Below, one piece after another: positions 1 through 8,028 of a DNA stretch of 13,589 nt. The translations under genes were made by a program, and so were the position numbers. Origin of the DNA: Candidatus Asbonarchaeum danakilense. GTDB lineage: Archaea > Nanohalarchaeota > Nanosalinia > Nanosalinales > Nanoanaerosalinaceae. Within the stretch, counting starts at the first letter, position 1, and each line of letters starts with the position of its first letter. The notes under the pieces were generated by a model, which saw only the letters and a list, made by a program, of their open reading frames with translations, was not told the DNA's origin and did no database searches. The stretch spans positions 1 through 13,589 of the forward strand of contig JAXINV010000010.1 of assembly GCA_034190465.1 (NCBI GenBank). Reading direction: 5' to 3'.

Positions 1-2712
1 ACAGTTCCGGCGCTTCGCCGCATGCCAGTACGGATGGGCGTACGTCCCCTTCGCCTCCGTGAACCCAATGATACGGCCGATGATCCCGCCTGATGTATGT
101 GGCGCCAGTCCGATCACCAGCTCACCGACGATATCCTGCGCCGAGTCCAGATCATAGAATGAGTCCAGATCATAGAACTGTTCCAGCAGATCGTCGACGA
201 ACTGTGACACCTGGTACATAGACTTTGAGGCCGAATAGTTCAGATCGTTCTCCGAGATCACGATGTCCTGCGGTTTCAATGCACAGACCTGATCGTCATG
301 CTCCAGCGGCTCGCCGTCGATGTCCTCCTCGTAGCCCAGCTCCCTGAGCTTCTCAACCGACACGTTGATCTCCTGTGGCTTGAAATGAGTCATCGTCAGA
401 TCGCTGGAATCGTACCGGATCGTCCCGTCCTTGTTGATGTACAGATCGTACCTATTCCGTAGCAGCCCTTTCTCCAGGGGCTCCACGTGCCTGTGCTTAC
501 CAGTGACAGCACGCGGCGACTTCATCAGCTCCGGCAGCTCCCTCACATCGGTGTTCCGCTTCGCGATGTTCAGCAGCTCCTTCAGCGGGATGTCCGTGTA
601 CTTCTTCCGCCGGGTGTCATCGCCGCAGTTCGGGCAGGTCTCCGCGTCGACACGTTTATCGCAGCTGGTACAGTGGCGGGGCTGCTCCGCCTCACGGCCG
701 CAGTACGGACAGTAGCTGAAGTAGACATCACGGTCGCAGTCAGGGCAGTAGTTGTGGATGACCTGCTCGTTGACCTCGCCGTGCTCGTTGTAGCTCCGTA
801 TCAGGTTCCGCATCCTGCCACCCTCCTGCTTGCCGCACGGGAACAGCAGCTGGGGCTTGCCCTTCAGGTACCGGCGCTCCGCCTTCTCCGGCCGGCCCAT
901 CCGGGCCCCGAGGAACACCGTGCCGACGTCACGGACCGGCACGCCGAGCGCCTGCTCCACCCCTGCCGGGATGTCCCCCTCGAAGTCCGCCAGTTCCGTC
1001 TCACCCGGGGCAAGGGACGCGTGCAGCGCCCGGGCGACGTCGTCCTCCACAACCACCGTCTCGTCCTCAACGCGGTGCGGGACGAACAGCTCCTCCAGGG
1101 CATGCTTCGCGTCCGCGTCGACCCTGAGCTCGTCGCCGTCGAAGCTGCCGTCCTCAACCGCACGGTACAGCCGCTCGAAGTCATCCCACGCAATATCATG
1201 CCACAGGAACGTGTACTCCGGATGGAGCGGTACATCAAGCCCCTCAGCGATTGACATCGCCTCATCGAACGATGGTACCGCGAACCTGTTTTTAATATAG
1301 GGGGCAAGGTCCACGTCAAGGTCGCCCTTACTGTCGTCCGCCGCCTCGACCTCCTGGCTCCACCACTCCTCAACGTACGGCGACGGGATCAGTTCCTTGC
1401 CGTTCTCCACGAACTCCCCGAACGGCACCAGGATATCCCCGAGGAACAAGATTTCATCTACACGGTCCGTCAGTTCACGCGCCCGTTCACGCGACTCAAC
1501 CTTCACGACATCGCCGTTGTCCAGTCGAACCAGCGGGCCCTCGATTGCATCGCAGGGCGTCGACACCGTCGCCTTGCCAGGATACTCCGTCTTCAACTGT
1601 GTCCCGATAGCCATGAACTGCTCCGCGATCTCCATCGTCGCCGGATGGAAGCTCGTCCCTGCCAGCCCCGCGGTGCGTGAACGACCGTAGCGGATCCTGA
1701 ACCCTCCTTTCTTCCCAGGATGCGCGAAGACTGGTCTGCCAGCTGTTAACGAGCCCAGAAACTTGTCCGACGGCTCGTACTCCTTCGTATCATCTTCCTC
1801 CTCGTCTTCCTCTCCCTGCTCATCCTCCGAGGCATGGATCTCGTGCTGCAGGTCCAGGTAGTCCTCCACCCAGTCCCAGTGCTCCAGGCCGAACCCCTCA
1901 CCGTAGCTATCGATCCGTTTCCGGATCTTCGACGCCTTCAGCGGCAGACCATCAAGATAGACCAGGCACATCCCGCCCCGGATACGGTTCGTCGGGATCC
2001 GTTCCAGATCCTTGTGGTTCGACACGTCCAGCTGCTCTGTCGGCGTCCCTGTGACCTCAACCGGAACATGTTCCGCGATGAACTTCGTCTCCTTCCGCTC
2101 CGGCGTGTACTGCTTCTTCGTCACCCGCTTGAAGTAGTCCTCCACCTCGACCGCATACCGGTCGATCTCCTCGTCGCGCGGCTTGTACCGCTCCAACCCT
2201 GCGTTCTTCCGGATGTAGTCCGCCAGCAGCACAGAAAGCGCGGAAGCGGTTCCTCCTGCCGACCTGATCGGGCCGGCGTACGACACCGCCAGATAGTCGC
2301 TCCCGTCGTCGTTTTCCTTGATCTCCGTGTCAGCGATCCCCTCCAGCGGCGCGGTCGTGATCCCTCCCGTCATATAGGACAGGCCAACCCGCAGCCCGGC
2401 ATCGACCCTGTCCACCAGCTCATCGAACTCATGGAACTCGTTCTCCGCGATCTCTCGGCCGATCTCCAGCGCGACCCGTTCATCGTTCTTCGTGTACTCG
2501 TCCTCCAGCTCACGGATGCGTGCAGCGACCGCTTCCTCGTCCAGCTCCGGGTACATGCCTCCAGCGACCAGACTGACTGCCTTTGCAGCCAGGTCCTCCG
2601 CCACCGGGATGTCGACGTGCGGCTCCGGATCCTTTGACTGGTCACGGGCCTTTTCAGCGACGTCGTACGCCTGCTGCCGCTTCGCCTCGATCATCTCGAA
2701 GTAGCCGTCCAT
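1..2712 (-). CDS. polC: DNA polymerase II (PolD) large subunit DP2, 3'-truncated by the window edge
   Basis: Hand translation from ATG at 2712 gives MDGYFEMIEAKRQQAYDVAEKARDQSKDP..., with TAPLEGI, YAGPIRSAGGTA, GGFRIRYGRSRTAGLA, GARMGRPEKA, four CxxC pairs (CPDC, CPYC, CTSC, CPNC), NKDGTIRYD, GLAPHTS and final HAAKRRNC at the edge. The frame is open for 904 codons. Confidence 0.98.
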   Translation of the reverse strand, partial: MDGYFEMIEAKRQQAYDVAEKARDQSKDPEPHVDIPVAEDLAAKAVSLVAGGMYPELDEEAVAARIRELEDEYTKNDERVALEIGREIAENEFHEFDELVDRVDAGLRVGLSYMTGGITTAPLEGIADTEIKENDDGSDYLAVSYAGPIRSAGGTASALSVLLADYIRKNAGLERYKPRDEEIDRYAVEVEDYFKRVTKKQYTPERKETKFIAEHVPVEVTGTPTEQLDVSNHKDLERIPTNRIRGGMCLVYLDGLPLKASKIRKRIDSYGEGFGLEHWDWVEDYLDLQHEIHASEDEQGEEDEEEDDTKEYEPSDKFLGSLTAGRPVFAHPGKKGGFRIRYGRSRTAGLAGTSFHPATMEIAEQFMAIGTQLKTEYPGKATVSTPCDAIEGPLVRLDNGDVVKVESRERARELTDRVDEILFLGDILVPFGEFVENGKELIPSPYVEEWWSQEVEAADDSKGDLDVDLAPYIKNRFAVPSFDEAMSIAEGLDVPLHPEYTFLWHDIAWDDFERLYRAVEDGSFDGDELRVDADAKHALEELFVPHRVEDETVVVEDDVARALHASLAPGETELADFEGDIPAGVEQALGVPVRDVGTVFLGARMGRPEKAERRYLKGKPQLLFPCGKQEGGRMRNLIRSYNEHGEVNEQVIHNYCPDCDRDVYFSYCPYCGREAEQPRHCTSCDKRVDAETCPNCGDDTRRKKYTDIPLKELLNIAKRNTDVRELPELMKSPRAVTGKHRHVEPLEKGLLRNRYDLYINKDGTIRYDSSDLTMTHFKPQEINVSVEKLRELGYEEDIDGEPLEHDDQVCALKPQDIVISENDLNYSASKSMYQVSQFVDDLLEQFYDLDSFYDLDSAQDIVGELVIGLAPHTSGGIIGRIIGFTEAKGTYAHPYWHAAKRRNC
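143..177. repeat. 17-bp direct repeat with 18-bp period inside polC (FYDLDS x2)
   Basis: gagtccagatcatagaa at 143-159 and 161-177. Confidence 0.9.
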
Positions 2713-2713
2713 A

Positions 2714-3373
2714 TCAACCATCCTGTATCACCTCAAGGACATCCGTCAGATCGTCGACCGTCGTACAGTCCAGGGTATCGTACGCCACTTCCTCCGTATT
2801 CAACAGCATGAAGCCGCGGCCAGCTGACTCCACCATGTCGACGTCGTTCCCGCCGTTGCCGACAGCCCAGACCTCATAGCCGTCCTGCTGCAGCTGGTCG
2901 ACGACTTTCTCCTTGTCGCGGTAGTCCGTCCAGTCGAAACCATCCAGCGCCCCCTCCTTGAACTCAAGGCTGATCGTCTCGACGTTTGCGTCCGCATCAA
3001 GTTCCTCCCGGGCCGCCTCCGAATAGTCATCAGGTGCACCGGACAGCACCGCCGTGTAGACACCCTGCTCCTGCAGCTCATCGACCAGGTCGTACGCCGC
3101 AACGTGTAGCTCCAGGTGCCGGTCGACGAAGTCGTCGTACGCCCCCTCCGTGACCGGGCCATCGCCCGTCAACTTCAGGTACAGCTCATCCATCATCTCT
3201 GCATGGGTCAGCTCCTCATCGACGTAGCTGTCGTACACGTCCTGGAACTCGTCCTGCGTCACCCCGAACGCCTCGCCGAGCGCCTGCCAGGTCGACTCGC
3301 GGGGGGAAAGGGTCCCGTCCAGATCCAGCAGCGCCACCGTGTCGTGGTCGTCAGGCACGTTCATCGCTGTCAT
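2714..3373 (-). CDS. HAD-superfamily hydrolase, phosphoserine-phosphatase-like (C1 cap)
   Basis: Motif I LLDLDGTL, motif II LSG, motif III Lys (RDKEK), motif IV VGNGGND. ATGA overlap with the DP1 stop and a 1-bp gap before the DP2 ATG. Confidence 0.88.
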   Translation of the reverse strand: MTAMNVPDDHDTVALLDLDGTLSPRESTWQALGEAFGVTQDEFQDVYDSYVDEELTHAEMMDELYLKLTGDGPVTEGAYDDFVDRHLELHVAAYDLVDELQEQGVYTAVLSGAPDDYSEAAREELDADANVETISLEFKEGALDGFDWTDYRDKEKVVDQLQQDGYEVWAVGNGGNDVDMVESAGRGFMLLNTEEVAYDTLDCTTVDDLTDVLEVIQDG

Positions 3374-4788
3374 AGCTCCTTCACGATCGTGTCACGCGTC
3401 TTCAGGTTTACCAGCGCTACCTCACCGGGATCCGGCTTGTGGCCCATCCGCTCCTGGAACTCTGTCTGACTCTGCATCGTGCCCGACGAGATCAGGTTGA
3501 CCGTCTTGTAGTTCGCCACGTCGAACGCGTGGGTATGGCCCATCACGAAGATGTCCGGGATCTCGTCGATCACCATGTAGTCCCGCTCCTCCGGCGACAG
3601 CAGGTTCGAGCCGTACGTCGGGGCCAGATGCCGCCGGCGCAGATAGTCGACCATCGCGTGGTGCGGCTCCTCGTAGCCCTTCTCACGGAGATCAGGGATC
3701 GCATCGACGTGGTTGTCGAACGAATAGCCGTGGTACAGCAGCACACGGATGCCATCGTTCCCGAACCCATGGATGCGAACCGTCGCCGGGTTCGACAGCA
3801 GGTGGACGTTGTCCTTCTCGACAAGGTTCGGCATCGTCTCCTCGCCGAACGCCGGCTGCGGCTCCGCAAGGCGGACGAAGTCGTGGTTGCCTGGTACCAC
3901 GATGACCTCCAGATCGTCCGGCAGCTTGTCGACGAACTCCTCGAACTGCTCATACTGCTTATAGATGTTCTCCTGCCGCAGCTCGTCGCGCTGCCCCGGA
4001 TAGTTGCCGACACCCTCCACCAAATCGCCGTTGACAAACAGGTAGTTGACCCTATCCGCCTCCTCCGCACCTGACCGCAGCCACTCCGCCAGCCCATCCA
4101 TCTTGTCGTCCAGCGTGTCGATCGAGCCGTAATGGATGTCCGAGATGAACGCCGCGTACACTTCCTCATCCGTCGTATTCACCTCGCGGGAGAGTGGGAT
4201 GTCCGGCCTGACCACCTTGTCCGCGAACACGATGTCATCACCGGTCTGACCTGTCACACCGATGACCTCATCCTCGATCAACCATTCGCCCTCATCTTCA
4301 TCGATCAGAACCTTGGTCTCGCCAGTCGGGTCCTCCAGATAGACGATCCACTTGCCGCTGTTCTTCGTCTGGTACATGTCACGGACCAGGCCGATGACCG
4401 CCACATCCTCCCGCTCACCGCGGTCCTCAAGCCGCCCGATCGAGACCGCGTTCGACAGCTCCATCCGCTGCCGCAGCAGATCCTTCATGCGTGAATAACG
4501 GTCGTTGTAGTACTGCACGAACTCCTCGACGTCCTTCTCCTCCATGTTGCCCTCGAAGTGTTTCTCGACCTCGACCTTCGTCCGCCGCGAGTCGTCGAGG
4601 CCGTCCGTTTCGTCACGGATCGTCTCAGTATCTCGAAGGTTCTCCAGAAAACGCTCGTTCACCACCATCGGTAGGGGGTCCATCCCGGTGATACGGTTCA
4701 AATCGTCTTCCTGCAGCCGGTCGACTACCTCCGGCTCGACGAGACAGCCGTGCTCCGTCAACCGCTTCACCATCGTCTGTGTCTCCAT
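3370..4788 (-). CDS. polB: DNA polymerase II (PolD) small subunit DP1, proofreading exonuclease
   Basis: OB-fold region followed by calcineurin-like phosphoesterase motifs SDIHYGS, GDLVEGVGNYPGQ, PGNHD, YHG, RRHLAPTYG, GHTH. Start moved from GTG 4797 to ATG 4788 because an AAGGTGA SD-like motif lies 9 nt upstream. Confidence 0.96.
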   Translation of the reverse strand: METQTMVKRLTEHGCLVEPEVVDRLQEDDLNRITGMDPLPMVVNERFLENLRDTETIRDETDGLDDSRRTKVEVEKHFEGNMEEKDVEEFVQYYNDRYSRMKDLLRQRMELSNAVSIGRLEDRGEREDVAVIGLVRDMYQTKNSGKWIVYLEDPTGETKVLIDEDEGEWLIEDEVIGVTGQTGDDIVFADKVVRPDIPLSREVNTTDEEVYAAFISDIHYGSIDTLDDKMDGLAEWLRSGAEEADRVNYLFVNGDLVEGVGNYPGQRDELRQENIYKQYEQFEEFVDKLPDDLEVIVVPGNHDFVRLAEPQPAFGEETMPNLVEKDNVHLLSNPATVRIHGFGNDGIRVLLYHGYSFDNHVDAIPDLREKGYEEPHHAMVDYLRRRHLAPTYGSNLLSPEERDYMVIDEIPDIFVMGHTHAFDVANYKTVNLISSGTMQSQTEFQERMGHKPDPGEVALVNLKTRDTIVKEL

Positions 4789-4797
4789 CCCCCACAC

Positions 4798-4804
4798 TCA
4801 CCTT
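4798..4804 (-). promoter_or_regulatory. Shine-Dalgarno-like site for DP1
   Basis: Minus strand AAGGTGA, 9 nt before ATG 4788. Confidence 0.6.
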
Positions 4805-4851
4805 CGCATCGTCACGTCTTCAACCCTTGCGGGCGGCTTCCGTTTCCGCCG

Positions 4852-6057
4852 CTACAGGTAGTAGTTCTCCTCGACCATCTCCTGCAGCCGATCCACGATG
4901 TGGCTGTCAAGATCGACCGATATCTGCCGCGTGCGGCCGTACCGTCCCTTCGACTTCACCGTCGCATTGATCACGCCCAGCATATCCAGCTCAGCGATCA
5001 GGTCACTGATCCTGCGCTGTGTCAGCGGGTCGGCGCCCGCCTCGTTCGCAATCTCCTTGTAGTCCGAGTAGACGTCGCCCGTCACCACGTTGCCATCCTC
5101 GTCATGCATATCCAGGATCGTGTACAGCGTCAGCTGGGAGTGCTTCGGTTGGCTCCGTACCGTCTCCACGACCCTGTCCTTCTCAATCTTATCCTGTGCC
5201 TTGTTCACGTACTCCTCCGTGACCTTATTCTTGTTGTCACGCTCACTGAGTTCACCCGCAACCCTGAGAAGGTCAATCGCCTTCCGCGCGTCGCCGTGCT
5301 CCGAGGCAGCCAGGGCCGAACACTTCGAAATCACACCATCAGCCAGCACCTCATCGTGGAAGCCATCTCCCGCCCGCTGCTCCAGAATATTGTTCAACTC
5401 CAGGGCGTTGTACGGCGGGAAGATAATCTCCTCCTCCGACAGCGAGGACTTCACACGTGCATCCATGTACTCCGTGAAGTTCAGATCATTCGAGATCCCG
5501 ATGATCGACACCTTCGTCTGCTCCAGCTCATCGTTCAGCCGTGTCAGGTTGTACAGGAAGTCATCACCGATCTTCTTAATCAATGTATCGATCTCGTCCA
5601 GCACGATGATGACCACACCGTCCTTGTCGTCCAGCGCCTCGAAGAACCGGTCGTAGACCTCGTCCGTCGGCAGCCCCGTCGAGGGAACGTCCGAGCCCAG
5701 CTCCCGGGCCAGCTTCGCCGACAGGCGGTACTCCGTGTCAGCCACCTTCTTCATCTTGCAGTTGATGTAGATGACCTCCAGCGACTCCTCCGCACGGTCC
5801 GCGACCGACTTCAGCTCATTGCAGACGTGCCGCGTGACCAGCGTCTTGCCCGTCCCGACCGTCCCGTAGATGAACACGTTCGACGGGTCGTTGCCCTTCA
5901 GGGACGGCGCCAGGATCGAACCCAGCTCGTCGATCTGGTCGTCACGGTGCAGGATGTCATCTGGCCGGTAGTTCGTCGAGAGAACGTCCTTGTCCTGGAA
6001 CACGGACTCGCTCTCAAGGTATTCATTGAACTGCTCCTGGAGACTGTCGCTCGTCAT
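4852..6057 (-). CDS. cdc6: Orc1/Cdc6 replication initiator
   Basis: Walker A YGTVGTGKT, YINC, Walker B IIVLDEID, FPPYNA, GDARKAIDLLR, and C-terminal winged helix with ELDMLGVI...SKGRYGRT. Confidence 0.98.
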   Translation of the reverse strand: MTSDSLQEQFNEYLESESVFQDKDVLSTNYRPDDILHRDDQIDELGSILAPSLKGNDPSNVFIYGTVGTGKTLVTRHVCNELKSVADRAEESLEVIYINCKMKKVADTEYRLSAKLARELGSDVPSTGLPTDEVYDRFFEALDDKDGVVIIVLDEIDTLIKKIGDDFLYNLTRLNDELEQTKVSIIGISNDLNFTEYMDARVKSSLSEEEIIFPPYNALELNNILEQRAGDGFHDEVLADGVISKCSALAASEHGDARKAIDLLRVAGELSERDNKNKVTEEYVNKAQDKIEKDRVVETVRSQPKHSQLTLYTILDMHDEDGNVVTGDVYSDYKEIANEAGADPLTQRRISDLIAELDMLGVINATVKSKGRYGRTRQISVDLDSHIVDRLQEMVEENYYL

Positions 6058-6091
6058 CCGTTAGTCCTCGACCAACCGTGCACCACCGACC

Positions 6092-6105
6092 CTTAAATTC
6101 CTTTC
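6092..6105 (-). promoter_or_regulatory. Putative BRE/TATA promoter of cdc6
   Basis: Minus strand GAAAGGAATTTAAG, about 35 bp upstream of the cdc6 ATG. Confidence 0.6.
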
Positions 6106-6116
6106 CACACGAAAGG
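6100..6116 (+). promoter_or_regulatory. Mini-ORB / 6-5-6 palindrome overlapping the cdc6 promoter
   Basis: cctttc-cacac-gaaagg contains TTCCACACGAAA, resembling the TTCCAnnnGAAA ORB core. Confidence 0.6.
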
Positions 6117-6127
6117 CAGGCATTTCA

Positions 6128-6156
6128 CCCCACCACCCCTCTGTTTCAACTGGAGA
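6128..6156 (-). promoter_or_regulatory. Origin recognition box (ORB) with extended G-string
   Basis: Minus strand TCTCCAGTTGAAACAGAGGGGTGGTGGGG closely matches the archaeal ORB consensus GTTCCAGTGGAAAnnnnGGGG. Confidence 0.9.
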
Positions 6157-6169
6157 TTAAGGAAGGGAA

Positions 6170-6221
6170 GGAAGGAAGAGATAACAGTGTTATAATCGTC
6201 TCTTATCCACCTCTTCCTTCC
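6170..6221. repeat. 11-bp perfect inverted repeat between the ORBs
   Basis: ggaaggaagag (6170-6180) and ctcttccttcc (6211-6221), enclosing ataaca-g-tgttat (6181-6193). Confidence 0.85.
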
Positions 6222-6225
6222 AAGT

Positions 6226-6244
6226 GTTCCACGTGAAACAAGGG
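6226..6244 (+). promoter_or_regulatory. Origin recognition box (ORB), inverted relative to the first
   Basis: GTTCCACGTGAAACAAGGG. Confidence 0.85.
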
Positions 6245-6374
6245 CGTGACGGAGTCGCCACCTTAATCTTCATAACGGCATTATATCCCCTTACCCTCAT
6301 CGACAACCGGCCGGATATCACACCGTTATCTCCGGGGTAATGTGAGAGGGCCAGACCTCTCTTCTTTTCAGAAC

Positions 6375-6905
6375 TCAGATCCGGCGGAGCAGCTCTTCTT
6401 TCTTTTTCCGGTACTCGTCGTCGCCGATGTTGCCCTTGTCATGCTGCTCTGACAGCCGCTCCAGCTCGTCCATGGGGTCACCGTGTTCCTGGAGTTCACG
6501 GATCCTGCCGGTGATCTTGACCCCGGCGCCCTCAGGTGCCATGAACGTCTCGGTGCCGCGCTTGGTGGTGACCTTGACCCGGTCGAAGCCGTCACGTTCC
6601 TCGACGTCCATTTCCTTGACGCTGTCGATGTCGATGTCCTTGAATGTGCTCTTCTCGCCGAGCAGCCGGACGTTCTGTGAGCTGTAGGCGAGGAGCCGGA
6701 GGTTGGTGACGACCAGCATCTTCTTGCCTTTCTCCCGGGACAGGCCAGGGATGCGGTCGGTGTCGAGGCCGGCGATGAGGGAGACCTCTTCGTTGCTGGA
6801 GAGCTTCTCCTTGATCCCGGAGAACTCACTGATGTCCACGTTGCCAAGGACCTGGGCGTCTTTGAACCGTTTCCGGTCCCGCTCGGAGGGTTCGGCGTCG
6901 ACCAT
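6375..6905 (-). CDS. Prokaryotic PH-domain protein with C-terminal SHOCT-like domain (176 aa)
   Basis: Likely start MVDAEPSERD at 6905. PH-like MLVVTNLRLLAY...FKDIDIDSVKEM and SHOCT-like DPMDELERLSEQHDKGNIGDDEYRKKKEELLRRI. The upstream part of the 615-aa ORF is antisense shadow. Confidence 0.8.
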   Translation of the reverse strand: MVDAEPSERDRKRFKDAQVLGNVDISEFSGIKEKLSSNEEVSLIAGLDTDRIPGLSREKGKKMLVVTNLRLLAYSSQNVRLLGEKSTFKDIDIDSVKEMDVEERDGFDRVKVTTKRGTETFMAPEGAGVKITGRIRELQEHGDPMDELERLSEQHDKGNIGDDEYRKKKEELLRRI

Positions 6906-6944
6906 CGTCAGCTTATTATGCGGGCCGCTTGAAATAACTGTACC
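6906..6944. promoter_or_regulatory. Overlapping divergent promoters in a 39-bp gap
   Basis: Plus strand TTATTA (6913-6918) and minus strand GTTATTT (about 6932-6938), each 25-32 bp upstream of its ATG. Confidence 0.6.
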
Positions 6945-7991
6945 ATGCGTTCTTACGTCCGGGCAGGGTACGGCCTCACGGCACTGTTCCTGTTTGTCCT
7001 CTCGTTGCAGGTGATGAGCCAGGCGACTGATCCACTGGTTCCGTTCATCAGGCAGTACATGGACGTGCTGGTTCACGATGCACGGTCGGCGCTGGCGACG
7101 GGATGGCTGTCCGCCTACATCTTCCTGAACGGGTCGTCGGTCGCGGCGCTGGGCCTGGCGCTGTTCGGTTCGGGCCTGTTCACGTCGGTCGAGACGTTCC
7201 TGGTGGTCGCGGGTTCGCGGATTGGGGCGGCGTTCATCGTCGTGCTGATTGGTGCGGTCGAGTACCTGCAAGGCAAGAACGATGATCTCAGGGACTCGAG
7301 CTCGATCGGGATCCTGGGCTTCCTGGTGGCGTACCTGATCTACGTGCCGGCGATCCTGCTCGGCCTGCTCGTCGCCCGGAACGTCGACATGGCGGCGGTG
7401 AACATTATCGACGGTGGCGGCGGGTTCACGTCGGTACTCGCTGTCCTTGACCCGGTCATCGCGTTCATCCTGGCGAGCATGCCGCCGTACATCGCGTTCC
7501 TGCTGGCGTTCGCCGGACTGTTCGTCAGTCTTGAACTGTTTGATCATGCGTTCGCGGAGTTGAGTGCGGACCGGTTCGAGAACAGGTACTTCCGCTACCT
7601 GATGGGGACGCCCTGGATCGCGATGGCTGTCGGTGCCTTGGCGACGCTGGTGACGACGAGTGTCGCGATCTCGGTGGGACTGATCGTGCCACTGTACAAC
7701 AAAGGCTACTACATCAAGCGGAAGGAGATCATCCCGTACCTGATGGGAGCCAATATAACGACGCTGGCGGATACGCTGTTCGCCGCGGTGGTGCTGGATA
7801 CGTATATAGGCTTCAACCTGGTGCTTCTGCTGGGTGCCGCAGCCACCTTGGTGACTCTTGTCTATCTCGTGTTCTACGACCGGTTCTACGGAGTGGTGAA
7901 GTTCCTGTTCGACAAAGTCGTGACTGACCGTCGCTACATGCTGTTCTTCGCACTGAGTCTGACGTTGCTCCCGTTGCTGCTGTTCCTGTAG
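6945..7991 (+). CDS. Na+/phosphate symporter family membrane protein (NptA/PF02690-like)
   Basis: Multi-TM protein with two repeats: NGSSV...GSRIGAAF and TTSVAIS...GANITTL, equivalent to the QSSS/GANIGT motifs of NaPi-II transporters. Confidence 0.82.
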   Translation: MRSYVRAGYGLTALFLFVLSLQVMSQATDPLVPFIRQYMDVLVHDARSALATGWLSAYIFLNGSSVAALGLALFGSGLFTSVETFLVVAGSRIGAAFIVVLIGAVEYLQGKNDDLRDSSSIGILGFLVAYLIYVPAILLGLLVARNVDMAAVNIIDGGGGFTSVLAVLDPVIAFILASMPPYIAFLLAFAGLFVSLELFDHAFAELSADRFENRYFRYLMGTPWIAMAVGALATLVTTSVAISVGLIVPLYNKGYYIKRKEIIPYLMGANITTLADTLFAAVVLDTYIGFNLVLLLGAAATLVTLVYLVFYDRFYGVVKFLFDKVVTDRRYMLFFALSLTLLPLLLFL

Positions 7992-8008
7992 CAAAAGGCA
8001 TAAAACAG

Positions 8009-8022
8009 TCCGAGCGCTCGGA
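8009..8022. promoter_or_regulatory. Perfect 14-bp palindrome between the TATA-like element and the HTH gene start
   Basis: TCCGAGCGCTCGGA, with CATAAAA at 7999-8005 and ATG at 8029. Confidence 0.55.
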
Positions 8023-8028
8023 TGCCTT

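Larger units (their letters stand above)
6100..6244. other. Putative chromosomal replication origin (oriC)
   Basis: Non-coding region immediately upstream of cdc6 with two inverted ORB elements, a mini-ORB and a lower-GC central spacer. Confidence 0.88.

Noticed and set aside
1..12. Possible intein at the DP2 RRN/C site, a known insertion point before CDGDED
   Set aside because: The window ends on the Cys, which could begin either an intein or the extein motif, so it cannot be decided here.
431..2879. Plus-strand ORFs (487-1254, 830-1300, 1834-2637 and others) and alternative-frame minus ORFs
   Set aside because: All overlap the clearly conserved DP2 or HAD frames and are shadows of GC-rich codon usage.
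4829..4852. GC hairpin (ggcgg/ccgcc) after the cdc6 stop
   Set aside because: Short stem expected by chance at this GC content, with no T-tract on the minus strand.
4750..6096. 448-aa plus-strand ORF
   Set aside because: Antisense of cdc6, with the Leu/Val/His/Arg-rich composition typical of a shadow ORF and no recognisable motif.
6058..6374. CRISPR array, tRNA or IS end in the largest intergenic region
   Set aside because: No regularly spaced repeats, cloverleaf or transposase; the repeats are explained by ORBs and origin structure.
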